Of a DNA stretch of 64,000 bases, positions 16,277 through 26,610 are shown piece after piece. Numbering within the stretch: position 1 is the first letter of the stretch; every line of letters begins with the position of its first letter. Location: positions 3,114-67,113 of the forward strand of contig JANXZO010000070.1 in NCBI GenBank assembly GCA_025355465.1, in the 5' to 3' direction. The translations under genes and the position numbers were made by a program. Under the pieces are notes generated by a model. That model was not told the origin of the DNA. It ran no database searches and was given only the letters and a program-made list of their open reading frames with translations. Source of the DNA: Bacteroidales bacterium. GTDB lineage: Bacteria > Bacteroidota > Bacteroidia > Bacteroidales > FEN-979.

Positions 16277-18568
16277 ATGGCAAAAATCACTAAAGAGGAC
16301 GCCTTAAGGTATCACGAAGAAGGTCGCCCAGGAAAAATCGAAGTAGTCCCAACCAAACCTCACAGAACCCAGCGCGACCTGTCGCTCGCTTATTCACCGG
16401 GCGTTGCGTTTCCCTGTCTGGAGATTGAAAAAAACAAGGAGGATATTTACAAATACACATCCAAAGGCAATCTTGTCGCAGTGATCTCAAATGGGACTGC
16501 TGTTCTCGGACTTGGCGACATTGGGGCGGATGCCGGAAAACCTGTGATGGAAGGCAAAGGATTGTTGTTTAAGATTTTTGCTGACGTTGATGTTTTCGAT
16601 ATCGAGGTTGATACCCACGATGTTGATAAATTCATCGATACGGTTAAAAACATCGCAGTTACCTTCGGCGGAATAAACCTGGAGGATATCAAGGCGCCGG
16701 AATGCTTTGAGATTGAGGAACGGTTAAAAAAGGAGCTTCAGATTCCTTTGATGCATGACGACCAGCATGGTACAGCCATTATTTCGGCAGCCGGGTGGCT
16801 CAATGCACTAGAAATTGCGGGAAAGAAAAAAGAAGAGGTTAAGATCGTCGTTAATGGTGCGGGTGCATCTGCTATTGCCTGCACCAAAATGCTGGTCTCG
16901 GTGGGCGCAAGCATCGAAAACATTGTGATGCTCGATACGAAAGGGGTTTTGCGCAAAGACCGCACAGACCTTAATAAATACAAACAGATTTTTGCCACAA
17001 GCCGCGATATACGCACCCTGAACGACGCCATTCAGGGGGCTGATGTATTTCTGGGACTCTCCACCAAAAATATTCTCTCCAAGGAGATGGTTCGTTCCAT
17101 GGCTGACAACCCCATCGTTTTTGCCATGGCAAACCCCGATCCTGAAATTTCTTACGATGATGCAATGGATGCACGGCCTGATGTGCTTATGGCTACCGGT
17201 CGGTCGGACTATCCGAACCAGGTGAACAACGTGCTTGGTTTTCCCTACATTTTCAGAGGAGCTCTTGATGTGCGGGCAACATGTATCAACGAGGAGATGA
17301 AAATTGCAGCGGTACATGCACTGGCCGCCCTGGCAAAAGAAGATGTTCCTGAAAACGTAAGTGCAGCCTATAAAGTTAAGAACCTCATGTTCGGCCGGGA
17401 CTATTTTATTCCCAAACCGCTGGATATGCGGCTTATTACCACCGTGGCCCCCGCTGTTGCAAAAGCAGCTATGGATTCAGGAGTGGCACGGAAACCCATC
17501 ACGGATTGGGATGCCTACAAGGCGGAACTGAGTCGCCGTCTCGGATTGGAAAACCAACTGGTACGCCGGATAACCCTGAAAGCACGGACGGCACCCAAAC
17601 GAATTGTTTTTCCTGAAGGGAACAACTTAAAGATATTAAGAGCCGCCAAAGAAGTTTACCATGAAGGTATTGCCATCCCAATTCTTCTGGGTGATGTTGA
17701 TGAAATCAGGAATCTGATTGCAGAAAATCACCTTGACATCGCCGACCTGCAGATTATCGACCCACGTGTAAGCGCCTTTGAGGCCCAGCGAATGCAGTAC
17801 GCAGAAATGATCTGGAAAAAAAGGCAGCGTAAAGGGATCACCCATGATGCAGCAATCGGCTTGGCAAAAAATCGTAATTACTTCGGTATCATGATGGTTG
17901 AAACCGGTCAGGCAGATGCAATGGTTTCGGGGGTTACCTGTGAATACGGGGATGTGATGGCGCCGGCACTTAAACTGATCGGCCCGAGACCGGGCCTGAA
18001 CCGTATATCCAGCATGTATATGGTGATCACAAAGCGAGGTCCGTTCTTTTTTGCAGACACCACTGTAAACCTCGATCCCGACTGGCAGACCCTGGCTGAT
18101 GCAGCGTTGCTGACCGCCGAAATGGTTCGGAGGTTCAACATTGAACCGGTTATTGCGATGTTGTCCTATTCAAACTTTGGATTTATCAAGGTCTCTCAAC
18201 ACACCACCGGACCGGAAAAGGTAAGGCAGGCAACAAAATTCCTGCACAAAAATTATCCGGACCTTCTGGTTGATGGAGAGATCCAGGCCAACTTTGCCCT
18301 GAACAGTGAGATGTTGAAATCCACTTTCCCATTCTCCAAAATTGCAAACCACAACGTCAATACGCTGATATTCCCCACTTTAAGCGCTGGGAATATCGCT
18401 TACAAAATCATGCAGGAGATTGGTGGCGCTGAAGTTATCGGGCCGATCCTGATGGGGATGAACAAACCCATTCATGTTGTGCCGATGCAGTGTTCCGTAA
18501 GAGAGATCGTTCACATGGCCACCATCGCCGTGGTGGATGCACAACACGCCGCGAAGACAGAAAAATAA
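16277..18568 (+). CDS. maeB: NADP-dependent malic enzyme (malic enzyme domain fused to a PTA-like domain)
   Basis: 763-aa ORF. The N-terminal malic enzyme region has ISNGTAVLGLGDIG and VVNGAGASAIA. The C-terminal half is phosphate acetyltransferase-like. Confidence 0.95.
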   Translation: MAKITKEDALRYHEEGRPGKIEVVPTKPHRTQRDLSLAYSPGVAFPCLEIEKNKEDIYKYTSKGNLVAVISNGTAVLGLGDIGADAGKPVMEGKGLLFKIFADVDVFDIEVDTHDVDKFIDTVKNIAVTFGGINLEDIKAPECFEIEERLKKELQIPLMHDDQHGTAIISAAGWLNALEIAGKKKEEVKIVVNGAGASAIACTKMLVSVGASIENIVMLDTKGVLRKDRTDLNKYKQIFATSRDIRTLNDAIQGADVFLGLSTKNILSKEMVRSMADNPIVFAMANPDPEISYDDAMDARPDVLMATGRSDYPNQVNNVLGFPYIFRGALDVRATCINEEMKIAAVHALAALAKEDVPENVSAAYKVKNLMFGRDYFIPKPLDMRLITTVAPAVAKAAMDSGVARKPITDWDAYKAELSRRLGLENQLVRRITLKARTAPKRIVFPEGNNLKILRAAKEVYHEGIAIPILLGDVDEIRNLIAENHLDIADLQIIDPRVSAFEAQRMQYAEMIWKKRQRKGITHDAAIGLAKNRNYFGIMMVETGQADAMVSGVTCEYGDVMAPALKLIGPRPGLNRISSMYMVITKRGPFFFADTTVNLDPDWQTLADAALLTAEMVRRFNIEPVIAMLSYSNFGFIKVSQHTTGPEKVRQATKFLHKNYPDLLVDGEIQANFALNSEMLKSTFPFSKIANHNVNTLIFPTLSAGNIAYKIMQEIGGAEVIGPILMGMNKPIHVVPMQCSVREIVHMATIAVVDAQHAAKTEK

Positions 18569-18615
18569 CCAACCTGAAAAGTCAAGGAATTTAATCATCA
18601 TAACAATATAGAACT

Positions 18616-19833
18616 ATGAGTCTAAGTATTATCGGAAGATCAATCGCAGAGTCTGTCACCCTTAAATTAAACGAAACAGCCGCCCTTCTCAGAGCCAAGG
18701 GCGAGCCTGTAATTCACCTTGGGATTGGTGAACCCAAGAGCAAAGCTCCTCTGGATGCTATTGTTGCCGCGGCAAGTTTGCTTAATACCGGTGAAATCAG
18801 GTATACTCCTGCCGATGGGATCCCTGCCCTTAAGCAGGCAATAGTACGCTATACCGGCGACATGTACGGACGGATTGTCTCTCCCCAGAATGTTATTGCA
18901 TCAGGTGGAGCGAAACAAGCCATAATGGTGGCGTTGCAGGCAATTCTAAATCCACAGGACGAAGTCGTTTTTCCGGCACCCTATTGGGTCAGTTACCCAG
19001 AAATGGTAAGGTTATGCGGTGCAATCCCTGTACCCGTGCTGCCCGAAGACGGAAGTTTTTACCCTACCTTGCTGGATATCGAACGAGCCTGCGGTTCCAA
19101 TACCAAAGCAATCATCATCAATAGCCCGAACAATCCAACCGGAGTGATGTACTCTGAGCAGTTTATCAGCGAAATCGTGGAATTTGCCGAAAAGAAGGGC
19201 CTTTACCTTATCATGGATGATATTTACCACCGGTTGGTCTTCAATGGCAAGAAACCGATAAGTTGCTATAACTTTCTCAAAACGAGTATTGATGAATCCA
19301 GATTGATCGTGATCAATGGAGTATCGAAACAATACGCCATGACAGGTTTCCGGATTGGCTGGGCAGTTGCCAATAAAAAGCTGATTACCTGTATGACCAA
19401 CATTCAGAGCCATCAAACCTCCGGACCATCGGTAATACTCCAGGCTGCCGCCGTGGCTGCCATCATGGGCATCCAGTCGGGCGTAAGCAGTCTTTGTGCA
19501 ACACTTCAGAACAACACCAATGTTCTCATGGACCAGCTCAATTCCTTCGAAGGGGTTAGGGCGACAAGGCCTGATGGTACATTCTACTGCTTCGTGGATT
19601 TTAGCCATTACAGCAAGGATTCCAGCAAGCTGGCCTATTTCTTACTTGACAAAGTGAAGGTTATCACTGTTCCCGGCAAAGAATTCGGCCTTGACGGTTT
19701 TCTGCGTCTTTCCACTTGCGGTTCGATCAAAGATATCACCCAGGGTATTGAACGTATCAAATGGGCACTGGATCCGAACTCCCCGAACGAATTGTTCATC
19801 GGCGACCGGAAGTTGGTAAGAGACTGGCTATAG
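18616..19833 (+). CDS. class I/II PLP-dependent aminotransferase (aspartate aminotransferase-like)
   Basis: 405-aa ORF with NSPNNPTG, the SKQYAMTGFRIGW context (PLP lysine) and GFLRLS. Confidence 0.9.
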   Translation: MSLSIIGRSIAESVTLKLNETAALLRAKGEPVIHLGIGEPKSKAPLDAIVAAASLLNTGEIRYTPADGIPALKQAIVRYTGDMYGRIVSPQNVIASGGAKQAIMVALQAILNPQDEVVFPAPYWVSYPEMVRLCGAIPVPVLPEDGSFYPTLLDIERACGSNTKAIIINSPNNPTGVMYSEQFISEIVEFAEKKGLYLIMDDIYHRLVFNGKKPISCYNFLKTSIDESRLIVINGVSKQYAMTGFRIGWAVANKKLITCMTNIQSHQTSGPSVILQAAAVAAIMGIQSGVSSLCATLQNNTNVLMDQLNSFEGVRATRPDGTFYCFVDFSHYSKDSSKLAYFLLDKVKVITVPGKEFGLDGFLRLSTCGSIKDITQGIERIKWALDPNSPNELFIGDRKLVRDWL

Positions 19834-19866
19834 TTTTTAGTATTGCACAATTTAACAAGATAAAAT

Positions 19867-21516
19867 ATGTCAAAATATTTGAAATTCGAGACTCCTGCTC
19901 AAAAGCAGGCTATAAATTTAAAAAGTGAATATGGGTTAGCAAATCATGGACTGGTTCATCTGGACCGGGTGTACTGGAATCTTCCGGCCCCGGCATTGTA
20001 TGAAGAGGCTGTGTTTCGCAATGAAGGAAAAATAGTAAACGGAGGTGCATTGCTTGTAAATACCGGCAAATGGACTGCCAGGGCTGCAAACGAGAAATAT
20101 TTCGTTCAGGAGCCAACCACCGAAGACAAAATTGACTGGGGAAAAAACAATCGTCCGCTCACGCCGGAAAAATTCGCCGGAATATTTAGTCGCTTACAGG
20201 CCTTTCTGCAGGGAGAAGAACTATTCGTGCAGGATGTTTATGTTGGCGCCGACCCGGATTACCAGATGCCGATCCGCATTATCACCGACACGGCCTGGCA
20301 GAGTTTGTTTGCCCGGAACATGTTCATGACGCTGAACACGTTGGAGAAATGCAAAACCCACATTCCGAATTTCACGGTGATTGCCTCTCCGTCATTCAAA
20401 CTGGATCCCCGTATCGATGGGACGAACAGCGAAACTGCGATCGTCATTGATTTTTCAAAGCGCCTGGCCATTGTTGCCAATACCCAGTATGCCGGCGAAA
20501 TTAAAAAGTCGATTTTCACGGTCATGAACTTCCTCATGCCATTGCAGGATGTGATGTCGATGCATTGTTCGGCAAACGTAGGCAAGGAGGGTGACGTTGC
20601 CCTGTTCTTCGGGTTAAGCGGAACCGGTAAGACCACCCTTTCCGCCGATCCTAACCGGGCGCTTATCGGTGACGACGAGCACGCCTGGAGCGACGAAGGG
20701 GTTTACAATTACGAAGGAGGCTGTTATGCTAAGGTAATCAGACTTTCGGCCGAAAACGAGCCGGAAATCTACAATTGCACGCACCAGTTCGGCACGATCC
20801 TCGAAAATGTGGTTTTTGATCCAACTTCCCGAAAAATTGATCTTGACGATGATCAGATTACCGAAAATACCAGGGCTTCCTATCCCCTCGATATGATCCC
20901 GAATGCAGTTCCTGAAAAAAGCGTGAGAAAACATCCGAAGAATGTAATTTTCCTGACCTGCGACGCACAAGGTGTCATGCCTCCCATCGCCCAGCTCGAC
21001 AACAACCAGGCGATCTACCATTTCATCAGCGGGTATACAAGCAAGATCGCCGGTACTGAACTCGGACTGGGGATCGAACCTGAGATTGCATTCAGCGCCT
21101 GTTTTGGAGCTCCGTTCATGGTTCATCATCCCTATTTTTACGCAGATATCCTCAGAAGGAAGATTGAGAAGCATGGGGCAAAAGTATGGCTCGTGAATAC
21201 AGGATGGGTTGGCGGCAAATTCGGGGTGGGCAAGCGCATCAGCATCCGTCATACCCGGAACATGCTCAACGCTGTACTGAGCGGGGCCCTCGATAAGGCA
21301 GAGTTCCGCAAGGATAAGATTTTCGACTTCAACATTCCGGTAACTTGTCCCGATGTGCCCAGCGACGTGCTTGATCCGTCGAATGCATGGGGAAACAAGG
21401 AGGAGTACTGGATGAAATATGATGCATTGGCTTCCAGGTACATTGAAAACTTCAAAGTATTTATTGAAGGGTGCCCTGAAGAAATTGTAAACTCAGGTCC
21501 GAAGAGGAACAAATAG
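19867..21516 (+). CDS. pckA: phosphoenolpyruvate carboxykinase (ATP)
   Basis: 549-aa ORF with the kinase-1a loop FFGLSGTGKTTLS, plus IGDDEHAW and TGWVGG. Confidence 0.95.
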   Translation: MSKYLKFETPAQKQAINLKSEYGLANHGLVHLDRVYWNLPAPALYEEAVFRNEGKIVNGGALLVNTGKWTARAANEKYFVQEPTTEDKIDWGKNNRPLTPEKFAGIFSRLQAFLQGEELFVQDVYVGADPDYQMPIRIITDTAWQSLFARNMFMTLNTLEKCKTHIPNFTVIASPSFKLDPRIDGTNSETAIVIDFSKRLAIVANTQYAGEIKKSIFTVMNFLMPLQDVMSMHCSANVGKEGDVALFFGLSGTGKTTLSADPNRALIGDDEHAWSDEGVYNYEGGCYAKVIRLSAENEPEIYNCTHQFGTILENVVFDPTSRKIDLDDDQITENTRASYPLDMIPNAVPEKSVRKHPKNVIFLTCDAQGVMPPIAQLDNNQAIYHFISGYTSKIAGTELGLGIEPEIAFSACFGAPFMVHHPYFYADILRRKIEKHGAKVWLVNTGWVGGKFGVGKRISIRHTRNMLNAVLSGALDKAEFRKDKIFDFNIPVTCPDVPSDVLDPSNAWGNKEEYWMKYDALASRYIENFKVFIEGCPEEIVNSGPKRNK

Positions 21517-21539
21517 CCTTAGGTTCTACCATTTTCCCA

Positions 21540-21576
21540 GCTGCCCCGGAGATCACCTTACGGGGCAGCTTTTTTT
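21540..21576 (+). terminator. Rho-independent terminator after pckA
   Basis: Perfect 9-bp stem GCTGCCCCG / CGGGGCAGC with a 12-nt loop, followed by TTTTTTT. Confidence 0.8.
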
Positions 21577-21694
21577 ATGCAATAATTTTCCTTAAATATT
21601 GTTCTATCAATTTGGATAATCAAAATATTTTGCTAATTTTAGCACACTATAAAAATATTAACCACCAAATTATAAACCAGTAAATAACAAGGTC

Positions 21695-22999
21695 ATGAGC
21701 TCTTTAAAATCGAAATTCGCAGAGAAGGCTGTTCCAGTCGCAGCTGAGGTGAAGTCACTGTTCAAAGATCACGGTAATACGGTGATCGGCCAGGTTACCA
21801 TCGAGTCGGTAATTGACGGCATGAAAGGAATACCCGCCTTACTAACCCTTACCTCCAAATTGGATGCCCAGGAAGGCATACGTTTCAGAGGATATTCTAT
21901 ACCCGAGCTTCAGGAAAAGCTTCCAAAACTCTCCCCACAGGATGAACCGCTGCCAGAAGGTCTCTTCTACCTCATGCTGCTCGGGGAAATCCCTACCCTG
22001 GCGGATGTTCAGGAGATCAGTAAAGAGTGGAAACAGCGTGCTGTTGTTCCGCAGAGCGTCTATAAAGTGCTTGATGCACTTCCCATGGATTCTGCACCCA
22101 TGGCCGATTTTAGTGTTGGCATCCTGGCACTTGCCACAGAATCAAAATTCCTTCAGGCATATAATGCAGGAGTAGGCAAGAAAGATTACTGGGATTCCTA
22201 CTATGAGGATGTAATGAACTTCATCGGGCAGCTGCCTGTTATTGCAGCTTATATTTACCGTAAACACTATTTCAACGGAAATGTGATCGCTGCCGACCCC
22301 AGTCTTGACTGGTCAGCGAATCTTGCGCATATGATGGGTTACGATGATCCTGAAATTTACAAATTATTCAGGTTGTATCTTACCATTCATGCCGATCATG
22401 AAGGAGGTAACGTTTCTGCACATGCTGCCCACCTTGTGGCATCGGCATTAAGCAATCCATATTATTCCTATGCTGCGGGAATGCTCGGACTTGCTGGTCC
22501 GCTTCATGGCTACGCAAACCAGGAGGTAATTGCCTGGATCCAGGATATGATCAAAGAAATCGGCACTGAAAGTCCCACAAAACAGCAGATTCATGATTTC
22601 TGCGAGAAGACGATCGGCGCTGGCCGTGTTATTCCGGGGTACGGACATGCCGTATTGCGGAAGACTGATCCCAGATTTGAAGCACAGCGGGAATTTGCCG
22701 GCAAATATTGTAAAGGCGACAGCCTGATCCAGATCGTGAATGACCTTTATGAGGTTGTACCTCCGATTCTTGGCGGGCTGGGTAAAGTTAAGAATCCATG
22801 GCCGAATGTGGATGCCTATTCAGGATCGCTGCTGATGCACTACGGTATCAAGGAAGCACCTTTTTATACCGTTCTCTTCGGAGTATCCAGGGCGCTTGGG
22901 GTGCTTGCTTCCATGCTTTGGGACCGGGCGCTCGGACTGCAGATTGAACGTCCATCATCGTACACGCTTGAGTGGTTCAAGGAAAAAGCAGGATTATAA
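21695..22999 (+). CDS. gltA: citrate synthase (eukaryotic-like type)
   Basis: 434-aa ORF with HADHEGGNVSAH, GYGHAVLRKTDPR and NVDAYSG. Confidence 0.95.
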   Translation: MSSLKSKFAEKAVPVAAEVKSLFKDHGNTVIGQVTIESVIDGMKGIPALLTLTSKLDAQEGIRFRGYSIPELQEKLPKLSPQDEPLPEGLFYLMLLGEIPTLADVQEISKEWKQRAVVPQSVYKVLDALPMDSAPMADFSVGILALATESKFLQAYNAGVGKKDYWDSYYEDVMNFIGQLPVIAAYIYRKHYFNGNVIAADPSLDWSANLAHMMGYDDPEIYKLFRLYLTIHADHEGGNVSAHAAHLVASALSNPYYSYAAGMLGLAGPLHGYANQEVIAWIQDMIKEIGTESPTKQQIHDFCEKTIGAGRVIPGYGHAVLRKTDPRFEAQREFAGKYCKGDSLIQIVNDLYEVVPPILGGLGKVKNPWPNVDAYSGSLLMHYGIKEAPFYTVLFGVSRALGVLASMLWDRALGLQIERPSSYTLEWFKEKAGL

Positions 23000-23023
23000 A
23001 AAAACCTTAATAAATCTAAAAAT

Positions 23024-23962
23024 ATGAAAGTAACTGTTGTTGGCGCCGGACTTGTTGGCGCAACCTGTGCCGATTCGATCGCGCACAAAGACATCGTTAA
23101 GGAAGTTGTGCTTCTTGATGTCAAGCAAAATGTAGCTGAGGGGAAAGCCCTTGACATGTGGCAGATGTCGCCTGTTGATCAATTCGACACCCGTATTCAT
23201 GGTTCCACAAATGATTACACAAAAACTGCAGGATCCGACATCGTGGTTATCACAGCAGGTGTTCCGCGTAAACCTGGGATGAGCCGTGATGACCTGATCT
23301 CCATCAATGCCGACATCGTGAAAAGCAGCACGGAAAACATCATCAAACATTCGCCGGATGCGATCATCATCATCGTTTCCAACCCGCTGGATGTGATGAC
23401 ATACTGTGCCTATCTGACCGCAAAAGTCGATTCAAGCAGGGTGTTTGGCATGGCCGGCATACTCGACACAGCCCGCTACGGTGCGTTCCTTGCCGAAGCG
23501 CTAGACTGCTCCCCGAAGGACATCCAATCCATCCTGATGGGCGGACACGGCGATACCATGGTTCCGCTGCCCAGGTACACCACGGTGAGTGGTATTCCTG
23601 TGACCGAGTTGATTGAAAAAGCCAAGCTGGATGCTATTGTTGAACGTACGAAGAAGGGTGGGACGGAGATCGTGAACCTACTGGGAACCTCGGCCTGGTA
23701 TGCTCCCGGCGTTGCTGCAGCCCAGATGGTTGAAGCCATCGTGAAAGATCAAAAAAGAATCTTCCCGTGCTGTGCATGGCTTCAGGGTGAATATGGCCTG
23801 AAAGACATCTACCTTGGGGCCCCGGTTAAATTGGGCAAAAAAGGTATCGAACAGATCATAGAGCTGAAATTAAATGACGAAGAGATGCAATTGGTCAATG
23901 CTTCAGCGAAGGCTGTGCGGGAGGTAATGGATGTTCTGGACAAGATGAACGCTGCAAAATAA
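23024..23962 (+). CDS. mdh: malate dehydrogenase (LDH-like MDH)
   Basis: 312-aa ORF with MKVTVVGAGLVGATCA, ITAGVPRKPGMSRDDL and GGHGDTMVP. Confidence 0.95.
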   Translation: MKVTVVGAGLVGATCADSIAHKDIVKEVVLLDVKQNVAEGKALDMWQMSPVDQFDTRIHGSTNDYTKTAGSDIVVITAGVPRKPGMSRDDLISINADIVKSSTENIIKHSPDAIIIIVSNPLDVMTYCAYLTAKVDSSRVFGMAGILDTARYGAFLAEALDCSPKDIQSILMGGHGDTMVPLPRYTTVSGIPVTELIEKAKLDAIVERTKKGGTEIVNLLGTSAWYAPGVAAAQMVEAIVKDQKRIFPCCAWLQGEYGLKDIYLGAPVKLGKKGIEQIIELKLNDEEMQLVNASAKAVREVMDVLDKMNAAK

Positions 23963-23984
23963 ACCTGTTAGTACAATCAAAAAA

Positions 23985-24020
23985 GCAGAGGCGACATGTT
24001 AAGTCACCCCTGCTTTTTTA
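23985..24020. terminator. probable bidirectional terminator between convergent genes
   Basis: Imperfect 11-bp stem (GCAGAGGCGAC / GTCACCCCTGC, 9 of 11 positions paired). It is flanked by an A-run upstream and a T-run downstream. Confidence 0.55.
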
Positions 24021-24034
24021 TTTCCTGAAGCCAA

Positions 24035-24595
24035 TTAGTTCAGAGGTTGTAGTGTCATCTTCAATTGAGAGGTAATGTACAAGCCAATCCAATCATAGGG
24101 CAAAGGACCGTTCATAGTCGCATAAACCCGCATGTAGAACGAAGTATTGCCCAGATAGGAACGGATGTTCACGTTGTTCGTGGTCATGGTTAACACTTTG
24201 GAATTCGGATCGCTGTTCACAGCCGAAGCTACGTCGACAGCGGTGGTGAATCCGGCATCTTGCGCAAATTGTGTCCGGGCCGACTGAAGCCAGTTGAAAT
24301 TTGCCGAAGGCGGATCGTCGATGGTGAGCGTGAAAATTGTCAGATAGGTACTGCCCACTACCCCACTCGACAAACCATTGGCATTAAGCGCACTGTCGAG
24401 ATTAATTCGAACCATTCCGGCGTAAAGCAGCACCTCTGTTGCCTTAAGCTGTGGTTTGTAATAAATGAAACTGATCTTCGGCAAGTTGTAGCTGATATTG
24501 ATGGAGGCTGCATCCTTTACCTCTTTGCAGGAGGGGAAAAAGAATACCATCATGGCTGCGACCAACGAGAGACTGAAAATTTTCATTGTTTTCAT
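24035..24595 (-). CDS. hypothetical lipoprotein
   Basis: 186-aa ORF with a signal peptide and lipobox-like FFFPSC. I recognise no domain. Confidence 0.5.
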   Translation of the reverse strand: MKTMKIFSLSLVAAMMVFFFPSCKEVKDAASINISYNLPKISFIYYKPQLKATEVLLYAGMVRINLDSALNANGLSSGVVGSTYLTIFTLTIDDPPSANFNWLQSARTQFAQDAGFTTAVDVASAVNSDPNSKVLTMTTNNVNIRSYLGNTSFYMRVYATMNGPLPYDWIGLYITSQLKMTLQPLN

Positions 24596-24634
24596 GACTA
24601 AAAGGATTTGGTGATCATCAAAAAACAGAAGAAT

Positions 24635-25759
24635 CTATTTATTGAGCATAACAGGCATCACCAGCATGAGAATATCCTCCGCCTTATTTTCGCTGTTAAC
24701 AGGGTACAAAATACCTGCCCTGTTAGGCGCCGACATCTCCAGCCTTACCTCGTCTGTTTCAATGTTGCTCAGCATTTCAAGCAGAAATTTCGAATTGAAT
24801 CCGATTTCGAGGTCATCGCCTTCATAAGAACATGTGAGGCGCTCCTTTGCCTCATTTGCAAAATCGATATCTTCGGCTGAAAGGACCAATTCTTTCCCTG
24901 AGACTTTGAACCGGATCTGGTGGGTGGATTGGTTTGCAAAGATCGATACTCGTTTGATGGAGGTTAGCAGTGCATGCCGGTCGATGGTAAGTTTGTTGGG
25001 ATTTTCCTTGGGGATGACTGCTTCGTAGTTGGGATATTTTCCGTCGATCAGGCGGCAAATAAGGTGGGTGTTATTGAACGAGAAAAACGCATTGGTTTTA
25101 TTGTATTCAATGACCACCGGAACGTCCTGACTTGAAAGGATATTTTTCAGCAGGTTTAATGGCTTTTTAGGCAGGATAAAGTTGGCCGAATCCTGGGATT
25201 TGGCATCGGAACGTCTGTAGCGAACCAGTTTATGTGCATCGGTGGCTACAAAAGTAATATCGTCGGGAGACAGTTCGCAAAAGACTCCCGAAAGCACAAG
25301 GCGCAGTTCGTCGTTGCCGGTGGCAAACAAAGTTTTGTTCACAGCCTGGGCAAGCATGTGTGAGTCGAGATTGATTGCAGTGGTATCCTCCAACGAAGGA
25401 GTACGGGGATATTCGTCACTCTTATGACCGGAAAGTTTGTATTTCCCCTCACCGGCAGAAATCTCGATCATCAGTGTTGTGAGATCAATGGTGAACGACA
25501 CAGGGATGTCGGCAAAGGTCTTGAGGGTTTCAACCAGGATCTTGGCCGGGATGGCAATGCTACCCGTCTCCTCCGAGCGATCGGGTTGTATGGTAACACG
25601 CATGGTGGTTTCAAGGTCAGACGACGTGATGGTAAGTGAATCTTCCTTCAGCTCAAATAAAAAATCGTCCAGAATTGGCAATGTATTGTTTGTATTGATA
25701 ACCCCGATGGTTGCCTGGAGATTTTTCAGCAAAAGTGAGCTAGAGATGATAAATTTCAT
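24635..25759 (-). CDS. dnaN: DNA polymerase III beta sliding clamp
   Basis: 374-aa ORF with typical DnaN beginning and end (MKFIISSSLLLKNLQ..., ...MLVMPVMLN). Confidence 0.95.
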   Translation of the reverse strand: MKFIISSSLLLKNLQATIGVINTNNTLPILDDFLFELKEDSLTITSSDLETTMRVTIQPDRSEETGSIAIPAKILVETLKTFADIPVSFTIDLTTLMIEISAGEGKYKLSGHKSDEYPRTPSLEDTTAINLDSHMLAQAVNKTLFATGNDELRLVLSGVFCELSPDDITFVATDAHKLVRYRRSDAKSQDSANFILPKKPLNLLKNILSSQDVPVVIEYNKTNAFFSFNNTHLICRLIDGKYPNYEAVIPKENPNKLTIDRHALLTSIKRVSIFANQSTHQIRFKVSGKELVLSAEDIDFANEAKERLTCSYEGDDLEIGFNSKFLLEMLSNIETDEVRLEMSAPNRAGILYPVNSENKAEDILMLVMPVMLNK

Positions 25760-25787
25760 AACTGTAATGTTTTAATGAATTTTGTTT

Positions 25788-25795
25788 CAAATATA
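25788..25795 (-). promoter_or_regulatory. Bacteroidota -7 promoter motif
   Basis: The minus strand reads TATATTTG, 28 nt upstream of the dnaN ATG. Confidence 0.45.
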
Positions 25796-25855
25796 CAATT
25801 TATATTATCTTTTTCCAAGATCAGCATTATCCATCCACACATAGCCGTTTGCCTG

Positions 25856-26485
25856 CTATTTCCGTTTGAATACGAATTTATTCTCCTCCCCTTTTAACAA
25901 TCTGCTGATATTTTTACGATGTGTCCAGGGAATAAACAGGGCAACCACCACCGACAAGCCCACCAGGGCAGGGTTTCTTTCACACGAGATCAGGATCACT
26001 GCAAAGGGAAAAGCGATGGAGCCGATGATTGAGGAGAGTGATACATAATGCGTGACAGCAAGCACCAGTGCAAAGATACCCAGGACGATGAGCAGTGCCA
26101 GCGGGAAGAGCGCAATGCCAACCCCTGCAAAAGTGCCAACTCCCTTACCTCCCCGGAAACCGGCAAAAACAGGGAACACATGACCGAGGACCACTGCAAT
26201 GGCCATACTGATGCGAAGGTAGATTAACGGGTCGCCCTGCAGTCCGGCCGGATTTATCCAGGTAGCCAGCTGCACGGCCAGCCACCCTTTGAAAACATCA
26301 AACATCATCACAGGTATTCCAGCCTTGTATCCAAGCACCCTGATCACGTTCGTTGCACCGGCGTTCCCGCTTCCATGCTGCCGGATATCAATCCCGTAAA
26401 CCAACTTTCCTATCCATAGTGCCGAGGCAACCGATCCGATCAGATAAGCTGAAATAACTTCAAGGGCAATGTACAAAGCAGTCAT
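25856..26485 (-). CDS. plsY: glycerol-3-phosphate acyltransferase PlsY
   Basis: 209-aa polytopic membrane ORF with the GSGNAGATN and FKGGKGV-like (FRGGKGVGT) motifs. Confidence 0.95.
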   Translation of the reverse strand: MTALYIALEVISAYLIGSVASALWIGKLVYGIDIRQHGSGNAGATNVIRVLGYKAGIPVMMFDVFKGWLAVQLATWINPAGLQGDPLIYLRISMAIAVVLGHVFPVFAGFRGGKGVGTFAGVGIALFPLALLIVLGIFALVLAVTHYVSLSSIIGSIAFPFAVILISCERNPALVGLSVVVALFIPWTHRKNISRLLKGEENKFVFKRK

Positions 26486-26610
26486 GGTATGGATTTACGA
26501 CGTACGATTAAAAGCTGGTTTCCCCCTGCAAAATAACAGAATTTATAAACACCATTCACATTTCTCCATTCAACCATATCACCCTGGTGTTACGTGACAC
26601 CATTGCAGAG

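Noticed and set aside
25821-25840. DnaA-box-like sequence (TTATCCATCCACA) upstream of dnaN, a possible oriC
   Set aside because: There is only one imperfect box, with no cluster of boxes, no AT-rich unwinding element and no dnaA gene nearby. That is insufficient to call an origin. At most it is a single DnaA-binding site.
26486-26610. Hairpin GGTGTTACGTGACACC downstream of the giant ORF as a terminator
   Set aside because: The stem is only 5 bp and no U-tract follows on the relevant strand. That is too weak to call.
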